From Trichomonas gallinae (lineage: Eukaryota), in the NCBI GenBank assembly GCA_008369845.1, contig MRSU01008052.1:1-54358 (forward strand): a stretch of 54,358 bases of DNA, read 5' to 3'. The notes under the pieces were generated by a model. The model saw only the letters and a list, made by a program, of their open reading frames with translations, was not told where the DNA came from and made no database searches. Each line of letters begins with the position of its first letter. Within the stretch, counting starts at the first letter, position 1. The translations under genes were made by a program, and so were the position numbers. Below are positions 31,315-42,460 of the stretch, in pieces.

Positions 31315-33234
31315 CTAAATGGAGTTGGAGCTATACATATCTTCGGAATTTTGATCACCTTCTCCCTCTTCCTCTTCTTTTTGCTTGTGCTTGTACCAAC
31401 AGATGGATGCAATAAGAACAATCAAGAAGAGCCCACCACAAATGCAGACGATTGTAATAATAAGTTTTTGGGTCTTAGTGAGGCCGCTGCCACTTTGGCC
31501 ATCGCCGCCGCCGCCGTTATTACCACCACTACCGCCGCCGTTATCACCACCACCGCCGCCGTTATCACCACCACCGCCACCATTTGGTGGTGTGTATTCA
31601 TAAAGCGGGTCTGATGAAAACTTGGATTCGTATTCTTTTACAGTTCTGCAGAAACGTTGCGGATCAGGGCACCAGATGACCGATCCTGATAATGTTGTAA
31701 TCGTTTCAGTTCCTGATTTCGTTGTCGAAAATTTGTAGTCATATGTTATATTTTTATTTCCCTTCCATTCTTCGGTACATGTGACAGTCTGTTCAGCCTG
31801 GCCATTCACTTTTTCTTGATAAACGAAAGTAAATGATGAATTGTCATCTTTACATGTATATTTACCGCAGTGATTAACATTACCTGGAATAAGAGCAGTA
31901 CCATCAGGGCATGTATTTTTAATCTCTTTAATCAGTGACCAATCAGTATTCGAATCATTGAATGTTTGTTCATAGTTTTGTGGGTTCCAAAGGTTTCTAT
32001 TTGGGCAGTATATTGGAGAAATTTGATCATTTTGGCAACTCGCATTTACTAAATGGCTTGCGTTAATCTGTCCATAATGTTTAAAGTCAAATGTTGAGAA
32101 ATCATTGCTATATTCAACATCATAGAAGTAATTTGATGGATATGCAAACTGAGGATAGACAGAACTCCAGTTTTTCCTTAATTCGTTGATTGCAATTTTG
32201 CTGTTACCCCAAATAATTGGCTGGAATGTTTCCCAGCCAACTTTATAGAATCCAGTATCAAGAAGCATTGCGAGGGTAACGTCTGTGATTCTGCTGAAAT
32301 TTGGTTCTACATAAATGAATCCAGTCATGATATCAGTGAGATATCTTAGAGCTTCTGGATGTGATTTTTCAATACCTGGGCTTGTTTCGAGTTCAATGCC
32401 TAATTTGACAGCTGAAGTGCCATCAAATTGAATGGTTGTGGTATTGTAATGATTAATAGCAAACTGGTGGCTCTTTGGTGTAACGAGGAATTGATAAGCT
32501 CGTTGTTGATTTAATAAGGTTGTACTGCTAAACACTCTTGTTAATGTAGTCATTATCTGCGAATGCGGTGTTGATGAGTTTAGTGGATGATACCTTTCGT
32601 AAAGTGAATCAGAAATTCCCAAGGCATGGAATGTTTCGTGTAATAACGAATAATAATATCTCGAGTCAGCACTGTCTAAAGAGCTGGCAGCACTTGGAAT
32701 GCGTAGAACATTGATCCAAATGATAGATTCGATTGGTCTGAAAGTTACATTCTCAATTTGCTTGATTGCCGTAACGGCAACTTTATCAGAATCCACATCA
32801 AATGGAATAGGAATAATAGAAATAGATAAGTCGGCATCGGAAATAGCTGTTCCACTAGAAAGGCCATTAGTCAAGTTTTTATAATCTTTTAATTTAAAAG
32901 ATCCCTTCAAACGACGCACTTTGATAATTTTCTTAATGTATTCTTGAATATTATTCATAGTTCCATTGATGACATTCTTTTTATCATCGCTAAATTTATC
33001 AACATCATGGCATGTTACTTCATTACCAGTCCATGTATTTCTTTTTTCATTAGTAGTGCATGATATTGATACCATGTTTGGGAAGTCAACTTTAATTCTA
33101 ATTTCCTGAAAGTCATCTTCAACAGAAACGTTAGCTATTTCAATAGCGTCCTTTTCCTGTATAGCCTGGTGTCCACAGACATGATAGTACAGGCCCTCGG
33201 CTCTCACTATGGTGAGAAGAGCCACAAGAATCAT
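31315..33234 (-). CDS. GP63/leishmanolysin-like (M8) surface metalloprotease
   Basis: Signal peptide, HETFHALG (HExxH), SHPE third ligand, DIMTG Met-turn, LLDTGFY, Cys-rich region, Gly-rich stalk, TM helix and acidic tail. Confidence 0.93.
   Translation of the reverse strand: MILVALLTIVRAEGLYYHVCGHQAIQEKDAIEIANVSVEDDFQEIRIKVDFPNMVSISCTTNEKRNTWTGNEVTCHDVDKFSDDKKNVINGTMNNIQEYIKKIIKVRRLKGSFKLKDYKNLTNGLSSGTAISDADLSISIIPIPFDVDSDKVAVTAIKQIENVTFRPIESIIWINVLRIPSAASSLDSADSRYYYSLLHETFHALGISDSLYERYHPLNSSTPHSQIMTTLTRVFSSTTLLNQQRAYQFLVTPKSHQFAINHYNTTTIQFDGTSAVKLGIELETSPGIEKSHPEALRYLTDIMTGFIYVEPNFSRITDVTLAMLLDTGFYKVGWETFQPIIWGNSKIAINELRKNWSSVYPQFAYPSNYFYDVEYSNDFSTFDFKHYGQINASHLVNASCQNDQISPIYCPNRNLWNPQNYEQTFNDSNTDWSLIKEIKNTCPDGTALIPGNVNHCGKYTCKDDNSSFTFVYQEKVNGQAEQTVTCTEEWKGNKNITYDYKFSTTKSGTETITTLSGSVIWCPDPQRFCRTVKEYESKFSSDPLYEYTPPNGGGGGDNGGGGGDNGGGSGGNNGGGGDGQSGSGLTKTQKLIITIVCICGGLFLIVLIASICWYKHKQKEEEEGEGDQNSEDMYSSNSI
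31497..31585. repeat. Coding minisatellite encoding the (NGGGGGD)n stalk of GP63
   Basis: Imperfect 21-bp units CCGTTATCACCACCACCGCCG repeated about 4 times. Confidence 0.85.
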
Positions 33235-33923
33235 TAAAATAAAAAATAATGAAAAGTAAAAATAAAAATTTTAGATCATCATGATTAGAATATAAAAATG
33301 GTTCTCGATATAAAAAATTTTATTTCAATTAAACCGCAAGTTTTCTATATATTATTTTTATTGAGATTACGCTCTAAATGCAATTTTCAATCACTTCTGC
33401 ATACTTATAGTATAAGGTTATTTTATTTAAGGGAATCATTTCATTTCAAATTTTCGCAAAATATTAATTATCTACATTAAATCTATATTTTGTACTTTCC
33501 GAGATTTTTCAGAGAACTCAGAAAAAAATAATCATTCATTAACTATCATTTTTGACAGTATTATGATCGAACGCTATTATAATGATAATATATTTGATTA
33601 GTTGATAAAAAAGTTATTTTTATTGTATCTAACGCATCAATTAAAAAAAAATATCGACCTCGGAGTCTAAGCACATCAATTTTTAAATATGAGGCAAAAA
33701 TTTTCGATTATTTGTAAAATTCGATTTTTATAACAAGGCTGAGAGAATTGTGTCTAAAGAAACATTGAAAAAAGATACAATATTGCATACAGGATCAATA
33801 TTATGTTAATAAATGCATGAAATTAGCTTTTTAATTATGAAAATAAAATAGTTCAGTTGTTTTGTAGTTTTGGTTCAATAGATCTATTTGTTATAAAAAA
33901 ACACAAGTAATTTTGCATTTAAA

Positions 33924-35354
33924 TTATAAATTAATGGTAATTCCTCCACCATTGATTATAATTACTCTACTTCGGCCATGACGCATCTGCTGATATTGTT
34001 GTTGTTCTCCAGGTTGAGGCCTGAAGCCTGGATTATCTGGATCTTCGCCGTGATCATACAAGGATTTCTTTTGCGGGTCACTAAGGATTTCATTAGCTCT
34101 ATTAACATGTGCCATAATCTTTTCCATTTCTTTCTTCTTGATTGGATCCGAATATTGATCTGGGTGATATTTCCTTACAGCCTTTCTAACAGCATCTCTG
34201 ACCTGTGTTCTTGTGCAGTCACGTGATAAATTAAGCAATTCGTAGTAATCGCACTTTTTTTCTTTTTCTCTCTGTTCGTAGATCTCATCTATTGCTTGCT
34301 GTGCGCGCTTGTTGTTCTTATCCTGGCTGGTGACCTGCTGGTAGCATTTGCTGGCTGCATCGTTGTCATTCATCTTTCTTAATATATCACCTTTCTCTAA
34401 GAGTAAATCTATTGAGTTTGGACTATTCTTGAGATGTTCATTGACATACGATAAAGCTTCATTTGGCCTGCCATCCACTAAAAGAGCCTTCGCTTTCATG
34501 GAAGCAGCTTTGAGAACTAAATTTGTGCCATTTTTGCAGAATTTGGTCGCAATGTTGTAGGCTTTGTTAGAAAATGTATAGGCATTTTCTGTGTTTGAGT
34601 TGTTAACAGCAATTTCAAACTTTTCGTAAGCAACTTTCATTTCGTTATTTTGTCTGTTGAGAGAAACGCATGGGCTTGCAGAAATAGCCTTCTGGGCGCA
34701 TGCTACGAAGTGTCTCTTTGCGAATTCATAATCATTTTTGCACAAAAAGTGACGACCACGCATTTCTAGCAATTTTATGTTAGATGAGTCGAGTTGGACA
34801 GCCTCTGATGATATTTCATCGAAGGTGTCGTACTGATCTGCCATCAAAGCCGTTTCAGCGGCATCGACCATCAAATTTAGAGCTTTCTCGCAATCTTTGA
34901 GCAATTCTTTGTAGTTGATGAGGGCTTCTTCATAGTTTCCTTTCTTTTTATAGTTCTCTATTTGCTGCAATGTGTCTTTATACTGTCTAATCTTCATCAT
35001 CAGTTCCGGCTTCTGCGATTTTCCGGCATCATACTCAGCATTGTCGAAATTACCAAGTTTGAGGTTGCACTCAAAGCGAATTTCATATGCACTTTCCAAT
35101 TTGTCTTTGTCGAATTTTGATGAAGTAATTGCTCGAGAGAGATCTTCAACTGCTTCTTTATATTGATTGAGGCCATGATAGCATTGGGCTCTGAGATAGA
35201 AAAGTTCAGGATCAGCATCTAATAAACCGTCTGCATTAATGGCATTAGTGGTAATGTTCTTTCCAGCAAACCATTTGCGCTCAGAGACGTATTGACGTGC
35301 TCTCTCTACCTGTGATTGGGCGCTATAGCTTAAATAATTAAGAAAAACAAACAT
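33924..35354 (-). CDS. TPR + J-domain ER co-chaperone, P58IPK/DNAJC3-like
   Basis: Short signal peptide, multiple TPRs, DYYELL...YHPD J-domain, YDHGEDPDNP and a GGG-hydrophobic C-terminus. Confidence 0.88.
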   Translation of the reverse strand: MFVFLNYLSYSAQSQVERARQYVSERKWFAGKNITTNAINADGLLDADPELFYLRAQCYHGLNQYKEAVEDLSRAITSSKFDKDKLESAYEIRFECNLKLGNFDNAEYDAGKSQKPELMMKIRQYKDTLQQIENYKKKGNYEEALINYKELLKDCEKALNLMVDAAETALMADQYDTFDEISSEAVQLDSSNIKLLEMRGRHFLCKNDYEFAKRHFVACAQKAISASPCVSLNRQNNEMKVAYEKFEIAVNNSNTENAYTFSNKAYNIATKFCKNGTNLVLKAASMKAKALLVDGRPNEALSYVNEHLKNSPNSIDLLLEKGDILRKMNDNDAASKCYQQVTSQDKNNKRAQQAIDEIYEQREKEKKCDYYELLNLSRDCTRTQVRDAVRKAVRKYHPDQYSDPIKKKEMEKIMAHVNRANEILSDPQKKSLYDHGEDPDNPGFRPQPGEQQQYQQMRHGRSRVIIINGGGITINL

Positions 35355-36136
35355 AAAAAAATTAAATAGAAAATATTTGGCTGGACGATTATTTTCCCTT
35401 CAAATGTTATTTTTTTTTTCCCAATCATGAAAATTCTTTATTGCATTTTTCAAATCTTTATAATATAGAAATAACAAATAACCCGAGAAACACAGATATT
35501 GGTATGAAAAAGGCTAATCTCAAAAGCAAATCTTATTTTATATTAAAGATTTATAACCTACATATCCTATGCAATTGATCTATCAACGAAAAAATCATGA
35601 TTTTGAATTTTTTTAGCAAAATTAGAGTTTTTTTATTATCTCATAAATGAATTTATATGACATTGACAATGCAAAATATGAAACAAAATTTCGAAATTGA
35701 GTTAATATGCACTCATCATAAAGTTATTTCATCAAATAAAGCACAAACACATACCGCTGACATGATTATAAATCAATTTATGATCAAAAAATGGAAGCTC
35801 ATTTTTCTAAGATATAAAAAAACTTTTTTGTTTCAGTCATATGATATATTATATGCCAAATCATTCACCAAACATGGATATTACAATCGAAAATTCTTTT
35901 AAATCAGATATTTTCATTATACAAAACTTGGTATTATCATATTTGGACGTTAAACAATCGATATCTTCACTTAAAATCGAAATTTAGAAAGATATTAAAT
36001 TTTGATATGAATTTTATTATCGATTACAGCTATTTTTTCCATTAAAATAGATTATAATATAGTATAGATAACATGCTTTTGGTGTCTATTTTGTCCTATT
36101 TTCATTCTTTTGTGTAATTTTTTGACATATCAAAAA

Positions 36137-38254
36137 ATGTTTTCGTTTTTTGTTGCTTTCTGCTTATCAGCGGTTCTCGGGGTTGATATTGGCGCCGAGC
36201 AGCTGAGGGCAGCAATCATCCGCAAAGGCCAAAACATTGAAATTCTTCATGGTCACGAATCAGAAGATTCATTTCCAACTGTGTTAACAGTTATGCCAAA
36301 AGAAGGCGAAGTACCAGATATAATCAACGAAAGTGATATAAATAAATTCGATTTTTACTTCAATAATCAAAAATACATTAGAAATTATCCGAATAACACA
36401 ATTCGTTATGCATCGACATTAATAGCGAAATTACCAACACCAGAGTTCACAACACTCACGAAATCAAGGAGACTTTGGGGTGAACCATCGCTCTATTATG
36501 ATGATCGAATTCTAATTTCCGGTTTAATGCCAGAAATCGTAATTTACCGTGCTCTCAATAGAATAAACCAGTCTGTGATTAATCTGGATCCACAAGCAAA
36601 GACAGATTCCTTAACAATCGTTGTTCCGAAATTTTATCCTCAAGCGGAAAGAGATTCACTTGCCGTGATGGCCAAAGATCTTGGTTTCAAGCCGTACATC
36701 GCGGACTGCACGAAAGCTGCTAGTTATTGGTATTCGCTGCATTATGGAACGAGAATTGGTAAAAAGAAGGAGAAGGTCATGTTTGTGTTCTTGGGGGCAT
36801 CTAACTTCCAGATAAGTTTGCTGGAATTCCGTAAGAAAGGCCAGGAAACGTTTATTAAAGAATTAGAATATTCCTTTAATGATACAATTGGCGGACGTGA
36901 CATTGACGTTCTTGTCGCTGACATGCTCGCACAGAAGTATAATAAGCAGATAACTCCGAAAATTGAACAAATTTTGCTTCAAGAAGCGAAAAAGATCAAA
37001 GAGAAGCTTACAATATTAGATAAAGTCTCAGGAAACATAGAAAACATCGATGAAAATGGTGATTTTGGCTATACTGTAACAAAGAAAGAATTTAATCATT
37101 TAATTCAGCCAATAATCAATATTATGAAGAATGTAACATCGAGGATGAAGAAGCACCCAGATAAAGTGTTTTTATTGGGTGGATGCTCGAGAATTCCAAT
37201 AATTCAATCAGTTCTCAAAACGTCTCTAAATGTTACAACTTTATACACAGCAATGTCTAAAGATGAGCAACTATCATTCGCAGGAGCCATTATTTCAGCA
37301 TCTATGAACTCGCAATACCTTTTGCCGCCAATTAATTATACATCTTTGCCAATTTACTCGATGAGCATTAGATCATCGAATGGAACAGTCCCATTTGAGG
37401 GAGCATCTCTCGTTCCAGGCGAAAGATACTGGGTTACGCAATCTGCAGATTTATACCCATTTGGATCAAGCATTTACATGATTTGGAACCAAGCAAAACC
37501 CAACACATCATTTACACAGAAGAAAGACGGACGTTGGAGGTTCCTTTCTGCGCAAGGAAAAATGTTTCACAGATGGAAGTATCAGCTTCGATTAACAGGC
37601 AGAAGAATCCTCAAAATGGAAGATGACAAACTCGAACTACAGAAAACAGTGAACTCCATGGAGCAACTCCTTCTCCAAACTAGAGAAGTTTTAGCAAATT
37701 CGATAAATTACACAACAGAAAAAGAGAGAAACCTTCTTTCAAAGGCAGCTAACATCACAAACAGATGGTTCCTCAACCAGAAGACTCACAACATCACAGC
37801 TCTAAAATACAGATACAAATTACTCGACGACGCTGTTTGTTCCGTCTTTTCGCGCTACCAAAACATGCAGCTCCTCCCCAACGCCATACAGAACCTCACA
37901 GAGGCGTGCGAGACAGCGAGGGACTTAGTAAAGAAGTGGTCGACTTTATCTAAGAGTAGAAGGCCTCCAAGGGCAGATTTTAGGAATCTGCTGAAATATG
38001 TAGTGGAAGCTGAGATGTGGCTGGACGAAAAGAGGAGAATACAGAGGAGTGTTGGCCAGTTCGACCAGCCGCAGCTGACGTGGATAGGAGTCAGATCTAA
38101 GACAGAGAAGATTCTTAAATTTGCAAATGATATGGCAACTGAGCTGCAAAACGGCGGATCACAGCAGCAGCAACATCAGCAGATGAAGAAGGAGAAGAGT
38201 GAAGTGTACGTTTATCCTCCAAACTCTGCAAAAGTTGATTATAACGTAAGCTAA
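36137..38254 (+). CDS. Atypical ER Hsp70-superfamily protein (Grp170/HYOU1-like)
   Basis: ATG at 36137 with a signal peptide; VLGVDIG, TIVVP...AER, IGGRDID, EAKKIKEKL, LLGGCSRIPIIQ; helical C-terminus of the Hsp110/Grp170 type. Confidence 0.8.
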   Translation: MFSFFVAFCLSAVLGVDIGAEQLRAAIIRKGQNIEILHGHESEDSFPTVLTVMPKEGEVPDIINESDINKFDFYFNNQKYIRNYPNNTIRYASTLIAKLPTPEFTTLTKSRRLWGEPSLYYDDRILISGLMPEIVIYRALNRINQSVINLDPQAKTDSLTIVVPKFYPQAERDSLAVMAKDLGFKPYIADCTKAASYWYSLHYGTRIGKKKEKVMFVFLGASNFQISLLEFRKKGQETFIKELEYSFNDTIGGRDIDVLVADMLAQKYNKQITPKIEQILLQEAKKIKEKLTILDKVSGNIENIDENGDFGYTVTKKEFNHLIQPIINIMKNVTSRMKKHPDKVFLLGGCSRIPIIQSVLKTSLNVTTLYTAMSKDEQLSFAGAIISASMNSQYLLPPINYTSLPIYSMSIRSSNGTVPFEGASLVPGERYWVTQSADLYPFGSSIYMIWNQAKPNTSFTQKKDGRWRFLSAQGKMFHRWKYQLRLTGRRILKMEDDKLELQKTVNSMEQLLLQTREVLANSINYTTEKERNLLSKAANITNRWFLNQKTHNITALKYRYKLLDDAVCSVFSRYQNMQLLPNAIQNLTEACETARDLVKKWSTLSKSRRPPRADFRNLLKYVVEAEMWLDEKRRIQRSVGQFDQPQLTWIGVRSKTEKILKFANDMATELQNGGSQQQQHQQMKKEKSEVYVYPPNSAKVDYNVS

Positions 38255-38458
38255 TGTTTTATATTTCGAAATTAAAATTATTGTGAGATATATTATTCGT
38301 TATCACACTTTTTTATATCACTTTTGAATGCTTAATTATTGTCTTCATTTGGATTTGGATAGTATATGATATTCGATGAGAAAGAAATATTAACCTTATT
38401 TTGTAATATTGAGAAGATTTTTGGTACTTATATATAATTTAGTTTTTATTAATGTGGA

Positions 38459-38533
38459 AGCGATGTGGAACAGTTGGTTTAGTTCGTAAGGCTCATAACC
38501 TTAAGGTCGCTGGTTCGAGTCCAGTCATCGCTC
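38459..38533 (+). tRNA. tRNA-Met (CAT)
   Basis: Cloverleaf: acceptor AGCGATG/CATCGCT, D-stem GAAC/GTTC, anticodon stem TAAGG/CCTTA with loop CT-CAT-AA, T-stem GCTGG/CCAGT with loop TTCGAGT. A TATA-like tract lies about 30 nt upstream. Confidence 0.95.
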
Positions 38534-38534
38534 G

Positions 38535-38540
38535 TTTTTT
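38535..38540 (+). terminator. RNA polymerase III terminator (T6)
   Basis: TTTTTT immediately after the tRNA. Confidence 0.8.
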
Positions 38541-38906
38541 CTTTTCGCTTTTTTGAACATTCTAGCTTGTTTCTGGTTATGATTTGAACACGTTCATGAT
38601 TGCCAATTTTTTCCCGACGTTATGGCACAATTTCGCACTATGATTCGAAATAATATTATATATTCAAAATTTATTTCATAAATGTCTAGTTTTGTCTTGA
38701 AAATAGACGATTTTCACTCATAGTTAGAGAGTCATTTAGGAAAATTTATAAAAATCTATATAGATTTTCCTATTTTCATAATTTTCCAGATTCTAATGAG
38801 CAAATTGGGGATTTCATGATCTGGAATGAACAGCAAAATTAATAATATCCGAATAGTTTTATTATTAAAATAAAAAACAAAATCAAAATTACATAAACAA
38901 TCTAGG

Positions 38907-39830
38907 TTATAGAGAGCCTTTTGCTTGCTTAAAGTCATGAATATGTTGAGCAAGCTCAGGATTCCAACTGAGATGAGAGCTTTTAGATTTCCTTTTGTTA
39001 GAGATGTTTGGCTTTACAAGAATTGGTCTGTGAATTGGTCTCTGACTAAACATCACGTTCTGATTCATAAAATATGGAAGCTCGAGCAGCTCATTTATTG
39101 TTACTCTGTAGACTGGAGAAAACGTCAAACATTTTGAAATCAGATGCCTAAGAAGAGGGTCTTCTATCAGATCCTCATTATATTTGATGTTCATAATGTT
39201 TGCAATCAACTGATTTGGATCTTTAGAATAAAATGGATAAAGCTTTGTAGATATGAAGTAAATTGTAACACCTAGAGCCCAAATATCTGCAGCATATGGA
39301 TTATGAGTTTCTTTTGTAAACAATTCAGGTGCCATGAAAAATTTTGTTCCGTTATGGCATGATATTGATTTCTTGTTGCAGCATGATATGCCAAAGTCAG
39401 ATATTTTAACTCTTCCATATTGGTCAACTAAAAAATTGCTTGGTTTGATATCGCAATGAGCTATATTACGCCTATGACATAATTTCACGCATGCGATTAC
39501 ATCATTTATTATCATTTTGATATCATCATTATTCAATTTTGTCTTCAAAATGTATTTTTCGAGAGTTGTGGAGCATAACTCCATTAAAAGATAGTAGTTA
39601 TCCTGGAATAAGTAGGTTTTGTAGAGTCTAACTATCCTATTATCATCGGTTGTCGCCATTAATTCATGCTCAGTTTCATTGTAACAATCTTTCGGAATTG
39701 ATTTTAACGCGAAATGCATTTTGTATTGATCTGAATACACATGATAAACACAACCGAATCCACCTTGTCCTATTTCATCTACAATTTCAATTCCTTCTTT
39801 GTTAAAGAACTCTAATACGGAATCTTCCAT
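38907..39830 (-). CDS. CAMK-group-like serine/threonine kinase
   Basis: ATG at 39830; GQGGFG, ALK, HCDIKPSN, DFG, GTKFFMAPE and DIWALG motifs. Confidence 0.92.
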   Translation of the reverse strand: MEDSVLEFFNKEGIEIVDEIGQGGFGCVYHVYSDQYKMHFALKSIPKDCYNETEHELMATTDDNRIVRLYKTYLFQDNYYLLMELCSTTLEKYILKTKLNNDDIKMIINDVIACVKLCHRRNIAHCDIKPSNFLVDQYGRVKISDFGISCCNKKSISCHNGTKFFMAPELFTKETHNPYAADIWALGVTIYFISTKLYPFYSKDPNQLIANIMNIKYNEDLIEDPLLRHLISKCLTFSPVYRVTINELLELPYFMNQNVMFSQRPIHRPILVKPNISNKRKSKSSHLSWNPELAQHIHDFKQAKGSL

Positions 39831-41233
39831 TTTCAATATATAAAATGATTTAAAAATTTCTCAAAAAAATAGTAAATAACGGTATATAAAGTCATTTGGA
39901 ATATATCTGGTGCCGATATTTTCCACACATTTAAAATTGAAGGAAGATTATTCAAAATATTCAATATGCAAAGAAATTCGCAAAAATCGGAAGAAAATAA
40001 TGATCTTATATCATATAATTAATAACATATAAAATTGCAAAAAGTGAAAATTTCATAAGAAATCACAATATTAAATTGCACAGATCATTTAAAAAGAAGA
40101 AAATTTTTTGATGCAAAAATTGAAGAAAAAAATTGAAAAGATATCGTAAAATGATTTTCATTACTCATTGAAACTGAAGTAAAAATTTCATCGTAAGGCA
40201 AATAAAAAGGATTAGCACTTAATTTGCAATACATGTATCACATATTTTAATCATTTGATTTGATGAACAATCTTCGTAAATGAAAAAATAAGTTGATCCT
40301 CGTACGAGATAAGCGATACTGACGTAATACATAAGGAATTGATGTAAACATTTTATGAATTGCAATTGAGGAAACAGTGAATGCAAGAGTAAGAGTTACT
40401 CATCATCTATTGCAAGTTAATAGTACATTTCTCAGGGAAAAACAAGAATACGGAACTTTTTAACAGTTGGAAGAATTTCTCTTTTTTGAAAATTGAGGTT
40501 GAAATGAAAATAACTGGAAATTTAGATCTCATATGTAATAATCAATTGATATATTGATTTACTTAATTTAATTATAATAGATATTTTGTATTTTTGATAA
40601 ATTTATAAAATTATTGACATTTGTTGTTATTATTGGAGAAAAAAAAAAAAAAATTCTTTATACGTTTGATCAAAGTTCGGCTTCAGATGTAATATCAGTA
40701 CCTTGAGCGTATGTCTATTTCATCAACATTTTTTGTCAAATTACTACTTTTGATTTCGAATTTTTCAAATTTTATGTGAGAATTATCATTTGAGAGTATT
40801 TGGACGAACAAAATTATTTTTATCATCATTCAAATACCAATTTTATGACAATATTTGCATTTTAGTTGAATTCATATTTCGAATGTCGATTTCGGTATTT
40901 TGACCTATAGATACTGTGCATCAAACAAGACACATATTGATAAACTCTACGTAGTGATTTGAAATCAAAATTATTAGATATTTTTTCATATCAAATTTGT
41001 TACATCATTAAATTTTTCTAATTTAGTTGATATGCATTTATAAATATTTTTGATTTAATTGTATGAATACAATTTATCAAATACATCATTGTATTTCATA
41101 TTTTGAATTAAATCTTAATAATAAGAATGCATTTTCAGTTTCTTCAATGTTTTTATTTACCAATAGAAAGTTTTCCTTGTTGAATCTTCAATGTCATTTC
41201 ACATATTTTGAAATTTAGTTATATAAAAAGCAT

Positions 41234-42460
41234 TTAGTTGGATGGCTTGTGCCAGAGGAAGTGGCATGTAAGGAGGAAGGCACCAATCATGATGGAGATG
41301 CATGATGCAGCGTATGGCTTTCCGGCGAGTGTGAAGTGCTCCTTCTCTCTGATGGAAAGTGGACGGACAGCGATGGCCATTTCCTCACGTGCGTTGTAGA
41401 AGCCGAACTTGTCTGTGAAGACCTTGATCCAGTAGTTTCCGTACTTGTCTGGGATTTCCATTGTAACTTCGAACTTGCCTGGTGATGTCATCTTCATATG
41501 GCGGCGGACGAATGTTCCGAGCATGAAGATTTCAGCCTGGAGCTCGTCTGTATATGGAACGAACTCGCCCTTCTTAGCTGTTGCGACTTCGGCGACAACT
41601 GTGATATTCTCGCGGTATGTGTACTGAACGGGAGCTTCCTTTGTCAATGGATCGAAGTGTGTAGCGCTGATGATCTTGTTGTAAGACTTGTAGTGTGTGA
41701 CCCACTCGTAGATCTGTGTCATGAGTTCTCTGTTGCCATTTTCTACTGCCTTGCACTCGGAGAGGTCCTCAGCAACTGTGACCTTTGTCTGGTATGTGTT
41801 ATCCTGGACAAATGAGTCGGAGCAGATGAATGCGATACGGCCTCCCTTGCGGCTCTGGAAGACGGCGATTGGGACGATCTGGTTAGCATAGAGCTTCTTG
41901 GAGGCGCGGATTGCTGGAATGCCAACGTGCTGAAGGCCACCGATCATGACTGGCATCTGGAAATCGTTTGGACGCTGGATTGTTAAGAATCCACCTGTGT
42001 AAACGATTGGCTTGACAGCTCCGGAGACGACAGCCTCTGGGGCAACCTTCTTACGGAAGACGACGTTTGTATTTCCAAAAAGATCCTGAACTGGCTTCTT
42101 TTCGTAGTTAACGCCGAGGTGGCGTGCGATGACGTCCTGAACTGTGTAACCTGTCTGCTCGTTACCGAAAACAATAGCGTTGCCGCCATTATCAAGGAAG
42201 TGTGTGAGAATCTCGTTTTCCTTGCCGAATAATTCTCTCTTATGACCGAGGATGATGATTGTGTCGTAAACACGTGAGCCGAAGCGTTCTAAAATGATCT
42301 TTCCGTTCTTATCATCTGTTAAAACTTTCTGCTCGAAGACATCGGAGTATTTTCTGACGTCGTCGAAGAATGTCTTGTACTGGAGGTCGTCTGTGTCCTC
42401 ACCGAGAAGGACAAGAGTCTTCTGCTTCGAAGCTGAAAGAGCAAAAAGCAGTGAAAACAT
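41234..42460 (-). CDS. WBP1: Oligosaccharyltransferase 48-kDa subunit (OST48/Wbp1/DDOST)
   Basis: ATG at 42460 with a signal peptide; KTLVLL, FLDNGGN, FQSRKGGRI, GNREL, IPDKYG and VRPL...EHF...PY motifs, and a C-terminal TM. Confidence 0.9.
   Translation of the reverse strand: MFSLLFALSASKQKTLVLLGEDTDDLQYKTFFDDVRKYSDVFEQKVLTDDKNGKIILERFGSRVYDTIIILGHKRELFGKENEILTHFLDNGGNAIVFGNEQTGYTVQDVIARHLGVNYEKKPVQDLFGNTNVVFRKKVAPEAVVSGAVKPIVYTGGFLTIQRPNDFQMPVMIGGLQHVGIPAIRASKKLYANQIVPIAVFQSRKGGRIAFICSDSFVQDNTYQTKVTVAEDLSECKAVENGNRELMTQIYEWVTHYKSYNKIISATHFDPLTKEAPVQYTYRENITVVAEVATAKKGEFVPYTDELQAEIFMLGTFVRRHMKMTSPGKFEVTMEIPDKYGNYWIKVFTDKFGFYNAREEMAIAVRPLSIREKEHFTLAGKPYAASCISIMIGAFLLTCHFLWHKPSN

Noticed and set aside
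31351..31614. Poly-Pro and Thr/Ala ORFs resembling formin or extensin
   Set aside because: They are simply the reverse complement of the GP63 Gly-rich stalk.
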